Shown: positions 26,850 through 37,815, counted from the stretch's first letter. The stretch: 57,574 bases of DNA from Candidatus Ventrenecus stercoripullorum (GCA_018712835.1 DVGF01000046.1:1-57574); one strand, 5' to 3'. Notes: generated from the sequence alone by a model not told the origin. Translations and numbers: made by a program.

Positions 26850-27905
26850 ATGAGGTTAGAAGTTACAACAACAAATATTTTATTAATGATTGGAGCAACC
26901 TTTTTATTTAGTTTGATTTTAGTTCCTGTTTTTAAAAAAGTTGCTTTTCATATTGGTGCTCTTGATTATCCAAATCAAAGAAGACTTAATAAAGTGCCAA
27001 TGCCAACAATTGGTGGGCTTGCAGTTTTTTTCTCTTTTCTTCTGGGATATATGATTTTTGGAAGAGGAACAACAGAGATGATTTCTATTTTAATTGCAAG
27101 TTTTGTGATTTTGATGGTAGGGCTTATTGATGATATTAAGCCAATTAGTGCAAAGTATCAGTTTATTGGGCAAACGATAGCTGTTTTAATTATTATGTTA
27201 TATGGACATATTACCATTGATAATTTAACGATTTTAGGACATACTTTTGTGTTTGATGCTCCTTGGAATTATATTGTTACTTTGATATTTATGTTAGGTA
27301 TTATTAACGCAATTGATTTATCTGATGGCATGGATGGATTAAGTAGTGGTATTTCTATTATTTACTTTATTACTATCGTTGTTATAGCCTCTATTATTGG
27401 TGGCGGTAAACTTGGTAATATGGATACGACAATAGCTATTTTAATGATTGGTTCTTTATTAGGATTTTTAGTTTATAATTTTCCACCAGCTAAGATATAT
27501 ATAGGGGACTCTGGAAGTAACTTTATGGGACTTATGGTTGCTACAACTGCTTTATATGGATTTAAGCTTGCGACTTTTACTTCTCTTTTAATTCCTCTTG
27601 CTATTTTAGCGACTCCTATTATTGATGTATTGTTCTCTATTATTCGAAGAGGGCTTAAGAAGAAGAATCCATTTACGACTCCTGATAAGGAACATTTACA
27701 TCATCAATTATTAAAAATGAAATTTTCTACAAGAGTTTCGTTAATTATTATTTATATTATTAATTTATTGTTTGCAGGCGTATCTATATTGTATGCTTTA
27801 GGGGAAATTAAATATGCAATTATTTTGTATGTTGCTTTAATGGTTGTGTTCTTGTTTATTGTGCTTAAGACGGATATTTTATTTCCAAGACGTAAGGAGA
27901 AGTAA
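26850..27905 (+). CDS. MraY/WecA-family (GT4) undecaprenyl-phosphate sugar-1-phosphate transferase, TagO-like
   Basis: Polytopic membrane protein with 'GLIDDIKPISAKYQFIGQ', 'NAIDLSDGMDGLSSG' and 'GDSGSNFMG'. Confidence 0.85.
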   Translation: MRLEVTTTNILLMIGATFLFSLILVPVFKKVAFHIGALDYPNQRRLNKVPMPTIGGLAVFFSFLLGYMIFGRGTTEMISILIASFVILMVGLIDDIKPISAKYQFIGQTIAVLIIMLYGHITIDNLTILGHTFVFDAPWNYIVTLIFMLGIINAIDLSDGMDGLSSGISIIYFITIVVIASIIGGGKLGNMDTTIAILMIGSLLGFLVYNFPPAKIYIGDSGSNFMGLMVATTALYGFKLATFTSLLIPLAILATPIIDVLFSIIRRGLKKKNPFTTPDKEHLHHQLLKMKFSTRVSLIIIYIINLLFAGVSILYALGEIKYAIILYVALMVVFLFIVLKTDILFPRRKEK

Positions 27906-27907
27906 TT

Positions 27908-30514
27908 ATGGTGAGTATGTTGAAGGATAAGGAAAGAATACGGGAAGTTGTTAGTTATCTTATTTTTGGAGTGTTAACTACTGTTGTTAGTTTAGCGTTG
28001 TATTATGGGCTTGTTTATACGGTTTTAAATCCAGAAGCGGCTTGGCAATTACAACTTGCGAATGTGATTAGTTGGGTTGGAAGTGTTTTGTTTGCGTATG
28101 TTACAAATCGTAAATTTGTCTTTCATAGTACTAATGAAAATAAACTTCGAGAAGCAGGATCTTTTTTTGGAGCGAGAATTATCACTTTAGTCATGGATAT
28201 GATTATTATGTTCTTGGGGGTTACTCTATGGCATTTTAATGATAAAATTGTTAAACTTGCCAGTCAGGTTATTGTTATCGTGGCTAATTATGTATTTAGT
28301 AAGTTGTTTGTATTTCGAAATAAACAAAAAGAAAAAAAAAGTAAAAAAAAATATTCTTCTAGATTTATAGTTTTTGCTATTTTTCTTATTCCTGTTTTTG
28401 ATATTTTAGGAAGTTTCTTTCAGTGTCAAGAATTATTTTTGTGGATTTCTCTTGGTTATAAAGTAGTTTTGCTAAGTTACTTTTTTCTTGCTTTACTTCT
28501 TAAAAAGAAACATATTGGAACGATTTGTCTTATCCTTTTAGGAATAATTGTTTTAACACTTTTTTCTTATACCAAAGGATTTGATGTTTTGAGTGAGGTT
28601 TCATTTCTTGTTTCAATATTTGCTATGTTTTTATCTATTCTTTATTTCTTAGAGTATCCAAACAGGTATTTGAATTCTTATTTTATTATGATGATGTTTT
28701 TTGCTTATCTCTTAATCTTTGGAGTTTTTTATTTCTTAAACCCTGTAGGGACAGAAAGTTTTTATTATGCAAAGAGAGAAATGATAGGTGTTTTAGCTAT
28801 TTTAATGCCTCTTACTTATCAAACGTTGATTGCTCATAAAAATTATTTTACGAAGATTGTAGGAATGTTACTTATTTTTTTAGGAATATTGTTATGGAAG
28901 TCTATTATTTTAGCTTTTTTATTAGTGCTAGTTATTCTTTATTATTTGGTTCGGAATAGAAAACAGTGGAAGGAGCAAGGAATTTTTGCAATTTGTTTCT
29001 TAGTAATAAGTTTTGTTTTATTAGGTGGTCTTCTTTTCCTAAAGTTTGATGGTAATTTTACTTCTTCTTATTTTTTAGATGTTTATGAAGAAAAGATCAC
29101 TAGTATTCAAAATGAATTTCAAACTTTTGAAACCGTTAATTTAGAAGAACAAATCTTTGGGGTTCAAAGTATGCATGAAGTTATTTTAAAGTTTACTGGT
29201 GTTGACTTTGTAGATATTTTTTATCGGTTGGGGTACTTTGGTATTGGGCTTTATGCTTTATTATTTTTTATTCTTTTATGTAAAATGAAACATACTGTTT
29301 TTAACTTTTATGTTTTACTCTTTCTTGTTTGCATCTCTGTTTTATCAGGACATATATTTACTAGTTTTTCAATAGGTGTTTTACTTGGTGTTGTGATGAA
29401 TGCAGGTACTTTAAAGGAAAAAAGAAGAATTTTGTTAGTTTCTAATATGTATCCTTCTAAGAGATATAAGCATTATGGGTCATTTGTTAAGAATTCGAAA
29501 GAGCAATTGGAAAGTAATGGATTTCAAGTTGATATAGCGGTTAAGAAAAAGAAAGTACTTTTTATATTTAAATTTGTTGATTATATCTGCTTTTATATCA
29601 GTGCAATTTTTCAAAGTTTTTTGAAGTCTTATGATTATTATTATGTTCATTATATTTCTCATTCTGGTTTAGCTGTACTGCCTGCTAAGGCAGTTAGTCC
29701 AAAAACCATTCTTGTTTGTAATGCACATGGCAATGATGTAGTTGTGGACTTAGAAGATGAAATGGCGAATGTAAAACGTAGTAAGTTTGTTTTAAAATAT
29801 ACTAATCATGTTATTGTTCCGTCTTTTTACTTTAAAGATGTCATTATTCATGATTATGGATATCCTGAAAATCAAGTCACTGTTTATCCATCTGGTGGTG
29901 TGAATACTCATGTTTTTCATGAAATGAGTCAAGATGCTTGCAGAGAAGAGCTAGGTTTAGATAAGAAAACTACTTATATTGGTATGGTATCTCGTATTGA
30001 AAAGAATAAGGGCTATGATACTTTATTAGACGCGATTAATCTTTTAAAAAAAGAATCTTTTATGAAACACACGAAGTTGATTTTAATCGGGACTGGAGAA
30101 GAGCAAAGTGAATTTCATTCTTTGATAGATAAGTATCATTTGAAAGATGTTGTTATTCAAAAAGATTTTGTTTATCAGACAGAGTTAGTGAAATATTATA
30201 ATGCATTTGATGTGATGATTTTTCCAACAAAACGTAAAAGTGAGTCTTTGGGGCTTGTTGGATTAGAAGCAATGGCATGTAAGACACCTCTTATTGCGTG
30301 TAATTTGTATGGACCTAGAGAATATGCTGTTGATGGTGAAAATTCTCTTACTTATCAAGATATCAAAGATGGGAAAGAACTGGCTAAAAAAATCAAAGAA
30401 TTTTTCCATATGAAAGAAAGTGAGAAACAAAAATTAATTGACAATGCGTTTGAAACAGCTCAAAAATATAATGTTTTAAAGTCAAATGATATATTAAAAG
30501 ATGTTTTTCAATAA
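27908..30514 (+). CDS. fusion protein: GtrA-like domain + polytopic Wzy/O-antigen-ligase-like domain + GT4-family glycosyltransferase
   Basis: The first ~135 aa is a GtrA-like 4-TM domain ('NRKFVFHS', 'SKLFVFRN'). A Lys-rich linker is encoded by two A9 runs (28332-28340, 28343-28351), followed by about 10 TM helices. The C-terminus is 'RILLVSNMYPS...GLVGLEAMACKTPLIA'. Confidence 0.75.
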   Translation: MVSMLKDKERIREVVSYLIFGVLTTVVSLALYYGLVYTVLNPEAAWQLQLANVISWVGSVLFAYVTNRKFVFHSTNENKLREAGSFFGARIITLVMDMIIMFLGVTLWHFNDKIVKLASQVIVIVANYVFSKLFVFRNKQKEKKSKKKYSSRFIVFAIFLIPVFDILGSFFQCQELFLWISLGYKVVLLSYFFLALLLKKKHIGTICLILLGIIVLTLFSYTKGFDVLSEVSFLVSIFAMFLSILYFLEYPNRYLNSYFIMMMFFAYLLIFGVFYFLNPVGTESFYYAKREMIGVLAILMPLTYQTLIAHKNYFTKIVGMLLIFLGILLWKSIILAFLLVLVILYYLVRNRKQWKEQGIFAICFLVISFVLLGGLLFLKFDGNFTSSYFLDVYEEKITSIQNEFQTFETVNLEEQIFGVQSMHEVILKFTGVDFVDIFYRLGYFGIGLYALLFFILLCKMKHTVFNFYVLLFLVCISVLSGHIFTSFSIGVLLGVVMNAGTLKEKRRILLVSNMYPSKRYKHYGSFVKNSKEQLESNGFQVDIAVKKKKVLFIFKFVDYICFYISAIFQSFLKSYDYYYVHYISHSGLAVLPAKAVSPKTILVCNAHGNDVVVDLEDEMANVKRSKFVLKYTNHVIVPSFYFKDVIIHDYGYPENQVTVYPSGGVNTHVFHEMSQDACREELGLDKKTTYIGMVSRIEKNKGYDTLLDAINLLKKESFMKHTKLILIGTGEEQSEFHSLIDKYHLKDVVIQKDFVYQTELVKYYNAFDVMIFPTKRKSESLGLVGLEAMACKTPLIACNLYGPREYAVDGENSLTYQDIKDGKELAKKIKEFFHMKESEKQKLIDNAFETAQKYNVLKSNDILKDVFQ

Positions 30515-30595
30515 AAAAATTAGAAAGAGTTTCTTCTTTCTAGTTTTTATTTGCTCTTTTTTTTTGTATAATAATATTTAGGAAAGGAAATTCTT

Positions 30596-31441
30596 ATGAA
30601 AACAGGAATAGTCATACTAAATTATAATGATTATGAAAATACTATTAAAATGGTTCATCAAATTAAAGATTACAAGTGTTTGTCTAAAATTGTGATTGTG
30701 GATAACCATAGTAGTGATGAGTCGGTAGAAAAAATTAAGCTCCTCACTAACAAAAGAATTGTATTATTAGAGTCTAAAGATAATAAGGGGTATGCTTCTG
30801 GAAATAATTTGGGTCTTAAATATTTGGAAAAAGAGACGGAATGTGAACTAGCTATTATTTCTAATCCTGATGTAGAAGTAGAAGAAAGTGTAATTGAAGA
30901 ACTTATTTTAGATATGAAAAAAAATGAAGATATCTCTTTTTTAGGTCCAAAGGTTTTAGAATATGGTCGTATTACGAAAGGTTGGAAGTTGCCAAGTTAT
31001 TTTGTAGAGATGCTATCTACTGTAAATTTGTTACATCGATTTAGTTTTCATTTCCAAAAATATCCTGATGATTATTATCAAGAGAAACTTTGCAAAGTAG
31101 AAGTATTACATGGCTGTTTTTTTGTGGCAAGACTGAAAGACTTTAAAAAGATTGGTTATTTTGATCCGAATACATTCTTGTATTATGAAGAAAATATTAT
31201 TGGACATAAAGCGAAAGATAAAGGTCTTTTTAGTTATGTAGATACAACTTTAAGTGTTAATCATTTCGGTAGTAAGACAGTTCAAAAAAATTTGCGAAAG
31301 GTTCGTAAATACAAGGCTATCAAGAAAAGTATGTTTTATTATGAGAAAGAATACAATCATTTAAATCCGATTGGAATGTTTTTCTTGAAAGTCATTTATT
31401 ATATTAGTTTGTTTTTTGCTTATTTAACATTTTGGATTTGA
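30596..31441 (+). CDS. family 2 glycosyltransferase
   Basis: 'IVILNYNDYENT', 'VDNHSSDES', 'NKGYASGNN', 'NPDVEV'. Confidence 0.85.
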   Translation: MKTGIVILNYNDYENTIKMVHQIKDYKCLSKIVIVDNHSSDESVEKIKLLTNKRIVLLESKDNKGYASGNNLGLKYLEKETECELAIISNPDVEVEESVIEELILDMKKNEDISFLGPKVLEYGRITKGWKLPSYFVEMLSTVNLLHRFSFHFQKYPDDYYQEKLCKVEVLHGCFFVARLKDFKKIGYFDPNTFLYYEENIIGHKAKDKGLFSYVDTTLSVNHFGSKTVQKNLRKVRKYKAIKKSMFYYEKEYNHLNPIGMFFLKVIYYISLFFAYLTFWI

Positions 31442-31452
31442 GGTGACATTTT

Positions 31453-32625
31453 TTGAAAAAGCATATTTTTATTGTAGGTGCAAGAGGGTATAAATTTAAT
31501 TATGGTGGATGGGAAACTTTTGTAACAAATTTAATTTTAAATAATAAGGATGAAAGTTTTTCTTTTTATGTGCCACATCTTACTTATGAGAAAGAGAAGC
31601 ATTTACAAAGTGAGCAAATTGATGGAATTACTAGAACATATATTTATACTCCAGAAAAGGGATTTGCTACGATGTTTTTGTTTACGATAAAATCTTTGAA
31701 CTATGTTCGAAAATATATTAAAAAACATCATTTAAAGAATACGGTTGTTTTAATTTTAGGATGCAAAGTTGGACCAATCTTGCCTTTCTGGACTTGGAGG
31801 CTAAGAAATACGAAATTTATTATTAATCCGGATGGTTTAGAATGGCAGAGAGATAAATGGGCTTGGTGGATTAAACAATGTTTTAAATTAAGTGAATTTA
31901 CTTCTATGTTATTTTGTGATTATTGTGTGTGTGATTCGAAATCTATTCAAAGTTATGTAGATAAGAAATATCATTCTTTACATATTCCTACTTCTTATAT
32001 TGCTTTTGGTGCTTATGAAAATCAAAAACCAAAGAAAAATGAAATTGTTAAGAAGCTTTGGAAAGAGTATGATATTAAAGATCATGATTATTACTTAATT
32101 GTTGGTCGTTTTGTTCCAGAAAATAATTATGAGACGATGATTAAGGAATTTATGAAAACGAAAACGAAAAAAGATTTAGTGATTATTTGTAATTTAGAAA
32201 AAAATAAGTTCTATGAACATTTACAAGAAGAAACAAATTTTGAAAAGGATAAACGAATTAAATTTATAGGTTCTTTGTATGACAGTGAGGCTTTGCTTTA
32301 TTTTAGGCAGCATGCTTTTGGTTATTTGCATGGACATTCTGCTGGAGGTACCAATCCTTCTTTATTAGAAGCGTTAAGTAATACTGAGTTAAATATTTTA
32401 TATGATGTTTGTTATAATAGAGAAGTTGGAGAAGATGCATGTTTTTATTACACGAAGGAGCCTAATAATTTAAAGAAAGTCATTGAAAAAGTGGAGCACC
32501 TTTCCCAGAAAGAAATACATGAACTTGGCAAAAAAGCCAAACAAAGAATTCATGATGCTTATACCTGGGATAGTATTGTTACTAAGTATGAAGAAGTTTT
32601 TGATAAATTGTTGGAAGAAAAGTGA
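31453..32625 (+). CDS. DUF1972-containing GT4 glycosyltransferase (RgpA/WchF-like rhamnosyltransferase type)
   Basis: 'IFIVGARGYKFNYGGWETFVTNL' is the DUF1972 hallmark. TTG start after GAGGTGA. Confidence 0.75.
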   Translation: MKKHIFIVGARGYKFNYGGWETFVTNLILNNKDESFSFYVPHLTYEKEKHLQSEQIDGITRTYIYTPEKGFATMFLFTIKSLNYVRKYIKKHHLKNTVVLILGCKVGPILPFWTWRLRNTKFIINPDGLEWQRDKWAWWIKQCFKLSEFTSMLFCDYCVCDSKSIQSYVDKKYHSLHIPTSYIAFGAYENQKPKKNEIVKKLWKEYDIKDHDYYLIVGRFVPENNYETMIKEFMKTKTKKDLVIICNLEKNKFYEHLQEETNFEKDKRIKFIGSLYDSEALLYFRQHAFGYLHGHSAGGTNPSLLEALSNTELNILYDVCYNREVGEDACFYYTKEPNNLKKVIEKVEHLSQKEIHELGKKAKQRIHDAYTWDSIVTKYEEVFDKLLEEK

Positions 32626-32643
32626 AATTTTGAGGTGAAGTCT

Positions 32644-33297
32644 ATGAAAATTGCAATCATATCACGATTGGAAAGTTATCCATCAGAGAAACCATTTGAT
32701 AAAAGGTTTTATATTGATTTATCTTTTAAGGAAATTTTTGATAAGCTTAATATTATATTAATTCCTGTTTTTTCTTTAAAAAATTTGGAGGAGATATGTA
32801 AGTTATGCGATGCTCTTATCTTGCCAGGGAGTTTTATTGGTGTTGACCCAAAATATTATAATGATGTCCCATATCCAGGAAAGAGTTACGATTATGACGA
32901 ATATATTTTGGATAAAGAAGTACTAGATATGTTTGTGAAATATAAGAAACCTATTTTAGGAATATGTGGCGGGATGCAAACATTAAATGTTTATTTTGGC
33001 GGAGATTTAAATCAAAATATTTCTAATCATAAACTAGGAGATGGGCAGATGCATCATATAAATATAGAGAAGCAATCCTTTTTGTATGATGTTTATAAAG
33101 ATATGGAAATGTCCGTTAATTCCTTTCATAGACAGGCTGTTCGTAAGTTAGCTCCAAACTTTAAAGTAACTGCTATGAGTGAAGATGGTATTATTGAAGC
33201 AATAGAGTATGATAATATTGTTGCGGTACAATGGCATCCGGAAGTATTAAATGATATTCATTTTTTTGAGATGTTTGTAAATCGCTTTTTGAAATGA
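32644..33297 (+). CDS. class I glutamine amidotransferase / peptidase C26 family hydrolase
   Basis: 'ILGICGGMQTLNVYFGG' (nucleophile Cys) and 'VAVQWHPE'. Start is ATG 32644 after GAGGTG. Confidence 0.8.
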   Translation: MKIAIISRLESYPSEKPFDKRFYIDLSFKEIFDKLNIILIPVFSLKNLEEICKLCDALILPGSFIGVDPKYYNDVPYPGKSYDYDEYILDKEVLDMFVKYKKPILGICGGMQTLNVYFGGDLNQNISNHKLGDGQMHHINIEKQSFLYDVYKDMEMSVNSFHRQAVRKLAPNFKVTAMSEDGIIEAIEYDNIVAVQWHPEVLNDIHFFEMFVNRFLK

Positions 33298-33439
33298 AAG
33301 GTTACGGTTATTATTCTTATGATAAAATTTGACTTTTTCCAATCGGATGGAAAAAGCCTGAGTTTTTAAAAGTTTTTCCAATTCAACAAAAAAACTTTTA
33401 AAAATGCAGTTTTTGTAGTATCAAATAGAAGGTGAGATA

Positions 33440-34111
33440 ATGATAGAAAAAGTAAAAATGCATGTAAATGAATTGTTAAATAAAGATAATTCTGGACATG
33501 GAATAGATCATATAAATAGGGTTTTAGAACTATCTTTAAAATTTGCAGAAAAAGAAAATGCTAACAAAGATATTGTTTCTTTGATAGCATTACTTCATGA
33601 TGTTGATGATTATAAATTATTTGGTATGGATAATGCCGAAAATTTAACAAATGCAAAAATGATTATGAGAGATTGTAATATTGATAAAAATGCGCAAGAA
33701 CAAGTATGTCTTGCTCTTAATACTATTGGCTATAGTAAAAGATTAAAAGGATTTTGTCCAACAACTATTGAAGGCAAGATCGTATCTGATGCTGATATGT
33801 GTGATGCTTTAGGAGCTAATGGTATTTTGCGAGTTTATACATATAGTTTGAAAAACGGAAGACCTTTTTTCAACAAGGACATATTTCCAATAGAAGATAT
33901 GACAGCTGAAAAATATACAAGAGGATGTGCTGATAGTAGTGTATGTCATATTTTTGAAAAAATATTAAAATTAAAAAATTTAATGTTAACGGAATCTGGA
34001 AAGGAAGAAGCAAAATCAAGACATCAAATTATTGTGGATTTCTTATATCATTTCTTTGATGAAGAAAATGCTTTTGAATGGAAAAGATATTTAGATAATT
34101 ATCTTAAATAA
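33440..34111 (+). CDS. HD-domain phosphohydrolase
   Basis: 'GHGIDHINRV' and 'ALLHDVDDYK' (the H...HD...D motif). Confidence 0.8.
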   Translation: MIEKVKMHVNELLNKDNSGHGIDHINRVLELSLKFAEKENANKDIVSLIALLHDVDDYKLFGMDNAENLTNAKMIMRDCNIDKNAQEQVCLALNTIGYSKRLKGFCPTTIEGKIVSDADMCDALGANGILRVYTYSLKNGRPFFNKDIFPIEDMTAEKYTRGCADSSVCHIFEKILKLKNLMLTESGKEEAKSRHQIIVDFLYHFFDEENAFEWKRYLDNYLK

Positions 34112-34320
34112 AGAGGCTGGGAATTATTATAGAGTATAAATTTAGTGCGGTTTAGTGTGGTTTAGAGAAGAAAACTAATAAAAATTTTCCTTGCATTCCA
34201 CATATGTTTGTGTTACTATTTATTTGACTTTTTTATTTAAGAACACATTTTTATATTTTTACTAGATGGGTCTCGATTTAATCGGGTTTTTTTGCGTTTT
34301 CAATAAAGAAGGAGGTATTG

Positions 34321-36339
34321 ATGAAAAAAGAAGAATTTGATAGCGAAAAAAAGCATTTGAGTGAAGTTTGTGAGGTTTTAAATAACAAGATTAATGAAAT
34401 GAGTGAAGGAATTTATTCTACAGATAAGAGCCTTCAAGAATTCCGACGTTATATGTGGGAAAATAAGGGAGATATGGATGTTCAAGAGTTAAATAGTGTG
34501 CGTTCTAGTAGTGAACAAGAAGCTAAGTTACTTTTGGATAAACAAAAATATTTTCAAAAATTAATTCGTATTCAACCTAGTCCTTATTTTGCGTCTATCC
34601 TTTATCAGGGAGAAGATGAAAATATCCGGAAAATCTATATTGGAATGACATATTTAAAAAAAGATGAAGTGGATAACTATATTACAGATTGGCGGGCACC
34701 AATTAGTAGTTTGTTTTATGATTATGAGGTTGGGGCTTGTTCTTTTGAAGCACCAGAAGGAATGGTACAGGGAGAATTGTTACAAAAAAGACAATATAAA
34801 ATTGAACATCAAGAGTTAATTCATCTGTTTGATAATTCTTTAAATATTAATGATGATGTTTTACAGGCAGTATTAGCAGAGAACTCCAATGAAAAAATGA
34901 AGAATATTGTCAATACCATTCAACAAGAGCAAAATCAAGTGATTCGAAATGTTAGAGACCGTAATTTAATTGTTCAAGGAATTGCGGGTTCAGGAAAAAC
35001 AAGTGTTGCTTTACATAGAATTGCTTTTCTGCTTTATAAAATTCCTAACTTAACTAGTGAGAAGATTTTGATATTTTCTCCTAACCAAATATTTACAGAT
35101 TATATTTCTAATGTTTTGCCAGAGTTAGGTGAGGAAAATACTGTGCAAACAACATTTCATGATTATCTACATAAAATTATTCGTGAGTATAAAGAAGTGG
35201 AAACTTTTGTTCATTTTCTATCTAAGTATTATCAAAATAGTAATATTGATTATGAAACAATTAAGATAAAACAAAGTAAAGAAATTATTTCTGATATAGA
35301 AGCGTTTGTGTGGAATTTTACAAAAAAGGCAAGATTTCAACATGGGTTTGTTGAAAATCATGTATTTGAGTATCAACCTGCTACGCTCAATCATCTTTTT
35401 CATGAACGATATAACACGTTACCTTTTTTTGAGAGAATTGAAGCGATGGCTTTAAAATTTAGTGAGAATAATTATCGTGGTAGTAAGAAAAAACTTGGTA
35501 CATATCGTAAGCTTTTACTTGAAAGTTTAGGGGTTCCTAAAGACTATCGATTATTACTTATAGAGTTTTATCGCAGTGAATATTTTAAGGGACGTTTTAC
35601 GGAAGAAGATGCAAAGAGACTTAAAAGTAATAAATTTATCACTTATGAGGATGCTTTAGTATTGGTTTATTTAAAAGGTCTTTTTGAAGGATTTTTGTAT
35701 GATAAGTATATGGAGCAAGTTGTGATTGATGAGGCACAAGACTATAATTTCTTGCAATATAAGATTTTGTCCAAGATTTTTAAACGAGCTTCTTTTACGA
35801 TTTTAGGGGATGTGAACCAGAATATTAATCCATATTATCATTATGAGAGTTTAGAGGAACTCGGTGAACTTTGGAGCATTAAATATATTAGTCTTACTAA
35901 GACGTATCGTTCTAGTGAAGAAATTATTTCTTATACCAATCATATTTTAGGACTCTCACACGTTAGTGCTATTCGAAAAGAAAATAAAGAGCCTGTTGTT
36001 ATACATTCTCTTTGTGATATGGATAGTGATGTTTCTTGGTTGCAAGAAAAGTATAAAAACTTGGCAATTATTACTAAGAATGAGGAGACTTCTAGTAGGG
36101 TGTATGAACTTTTAAAAGATAAGTATCCTGTTTCTCTTGTTTCTTTCGATACTAAGGAATTTAATAAAGATTTACTTATTCTTCCAGCTTATCTTGCTAA
36201 GGGATTAGAGTTTGATAGTGTTATTGTTTATCAAGATCAAGAGTCTTATTATACCAAAGAAGATGACCATTTATTTTATGTGGCTTGTACTAGAGCTCAA
36301 CATAAGTTAGTAGTATATGAAGCATTATCAATAAATTAA
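34321..36339 (+). CDS. helD: HelD-type UvrD-like helicase (RNA polymerase recycling ATPase)
   Basis: The N-terminal coiled-coil arm is followed by 'VQGIAGSGKTSVALHRIAFLLY', 'VVIDEAQDY' and 'GLEFDSVIV...LFYVACTRAQHKL'. Confidence 0.8.
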   Translation: MKKEEFDSEKKHLSEVCEVLNNKINEMSEGIYSTDKSLQEFRRYMWENKGDMDVQELNSVRSSSEQEAKLLLDKQKYFQKLIRIQPSPYFASILYQGEDENIRKIYIGMTYLKKDEVDNYITDWRAPISSLFYDYEVGACSFEAPEGMVQGELLQKRQYKIEHQELIHLFDNSLNINDDVLQAVLAENSNEKMKNIVNTIQQEQNQVIRNVRDRNLIVQGIAGSGKTSVALHRIAFLLYKIPNLTSEKILIFSPNQIFTDYISNVLPELGEENTVQTTFHDYLHKIIREYKEVETFVHFLSKYYQNSNIDYETIKIKQSKEIISDIEAFVWNFTKKARFQHGFVENHVFEYQPATLNHLFHERYNTLPFFERIEAMALKFSENNYRGSKKKLGTYRKLLLESLGVPKDYRLLLIEFYRSEYFKGRFTEEDAKRLKSNKFITYEDALVLVYLKGLFEGFLYDKYMEQVVIDEAQDYNFLQYKILSKIFKRASFTILGDVNQNINPYYHYESLEELGELWSIKYISLTKTYRSSEEIISYTNHILGLSHVSAIRKENKEPVVIHSLCDMDSDVSWLQEKYKNLAIITKNEETSSRVYELLKDKYPVSLVSFDTKEFNKDLLILPAYLAKGLEFDSVIVYQDQESYYTKEDDHLFYVACTRAQHKLVVYEALSIN

Positions 36340-36353
36340 AAAATGGAATGTTA

Positions 36354-37571
36354 TTATGATTCCATTTTTTTCTCTTCATTTAACCAATTGGCAATATCAA
36401 TGATCTGAATTCCTTCATATTGGTATGTGTCATGTTTGGTTCTAGCAATTAATATTTTGGGATAGGCATCTCTTATTTGTAATAGGGGAGTAACTTCTCT
36501 TTCAAATGTTTTCTCATTGCTAATGTCATCAGATACTTGAATATAAAATTTTTCATCTTTTTTCATAGCTACAAAATCAATTTCTTTATTTTTTAATATG
36601 CCTACATATATTTCATATCCTCTTCTTTTTAACTCAATTGCTACAATATTTTCATAGATTCTTCCATAATTCATATTTTTGGTACCAATTAGAGCATATT
36701 TAAATGATGGGTCGACTAGGTAATATTTATCTTGTGATGCTAAATATTTTTTTCCTTGGATGTCGAATCTTCTTATTTTGTAAAAAGCAAATGCGTTGCA
36801 TAAATAATTTAGATAGTTACTGATTGTTTTATCGCTTACTGAATTTTTTGTTGTGGATAACTCTTTGGCAATATTTCTAGCAGATGTTAGATTTGAAATG
36901 TTATCCATGAGAAAATCATTTAGTTCTTCGATTAATTTTGTATTCCGGATATTATATTTTGTTTTAATATCTCTAATAATTAAAGTATTGTATAAACTTT
37001 TTAGATATTCATATTTTTCTTCCGTTGTTTTATATAAATAAGAACCGGCCATACCTCCTTCAATGACATAGTGGTCGAAGGCATCATCTAAATCATTGTA
37101 ATTATAATATTCTATAAACTCTTTAAAGGAAAATGGGAAAACTTGAATTTCAAAAGTCCGGCCAGTAAATAATGTAGCTAGATCGCTACTGAGTAAAAAG
37201 GCATTGGAGCCTGTGACGTAAATATCATATTTTTCTTCCGCATGTATCCAATTTATGGCTTTTTCAAATTGCTCACACATTTGTACCTCATCAATTAGTA
37301 TAAAGTTCTTTTTTTCTTCTTTAAAGTGATTATTAATATAATCATATAAATCATTGTAATTTTTTAATTCATCAAATTCTTTCATATTAAAATTGATGTG
37401 AATAATATTGTGTTCTTTGATATTATCGGTAATATAGTTTTTAAATGCTTCTAGTAATTTTGATTTTCCACAACGTCTTACTCCAGTAATTACTTTGATA
37501 TCTGGAGTTCCAATTACATTGATTAGTTTTGATAAATAATGTTCTCTTTTTATTAATTTCATTATTGTCAC
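36354..37571 (-). CDS. AAA_14/DUF4143 family ATPase (paralogue of 7507..8706)
   Basis: 'GVRRCGKS', 'ILIDEVQ', and the same overall layout as 7507..8706. Confidence 0.8.
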   Translation of the reverse strand: MTIMKLIKREHYLSKLINVIGTPDIKVITGVRRCGKSKLLEAFKNYITDNIKEHNIIHINFNMKEFDELKNYNDLYDYINNHFKEEKKNFILIDEVQMCEQFEKAINWIHAEEKYDIYVTGSNAFLLSSDLATLFTGRTFEIQVFPFSFKEFIEYYNYNDLDDAFDHYVIEGGMAGSYLYKTTEEKYEYLKSLYNTLIIRDIKTKYNIRNTKLIEELNDFLMDNISNLTSARNIAKELSTTKNSVSDKTISNYLNYLCNAFAFYKIRRFDIQGKKYLASQDKYYLVDPSFKYALIGTKNMNYGRIYENIVAIELKRRGYEIYVGILKNKEIDFVAMKKDEKFYIQVSDDISNEKTFEREVTPLLQIRDAYPKILIARTKHDTYQYEGIQIIDIANWLNEEKKMES

Positions 37572-37786
37572 CTCAAATATATTATAGCATACTATTACGC
37601 ATTTTTTAATTTTTTTTAATTTTGCGTAATAGAAGATTTATGGGAATGAAAATTTATTCTTTTTTGGTTATGTTTTTCTTTAAAAGAGTTTTTAGATTAT
37701 CGTGATTATTTAAGAAAAATTCAGTAGTGTTTACCTACTGTTTTTTTAGAAATTTAAACTGTTTTTAATTTTTTGTTAAAAAGTAG

Positions 37787-37815
37787 TTGACAAATTGTTG
37801 TGTTATTCATATAAT
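37787..37815 (+). promoter_or_regulatory. consensus sigma-A promoter of the NAD operon
   Basis: TTGACA (37787-37792), 17-nt spacer, TATAAT (37810-37815). Confidence 0.75.

Noticed and set aside
33298-33439. Hairpins (ctttttcca-atcgga-tggaaaaag and an A/T-only inverted repeat) between the GATase and HD genes
   Set aside because: They are probably a weak terminator plus low-complexity A/T symmetry. Nothing distinguishes them from background in this genome.
34141-34165. 2.5 copies of tttagtgYgg upstream of helD
   Set aside because: This is a very short imperfect tandem repeat in an AT-rich spacer, with no matching partner or nearby regulator to give it meaning.
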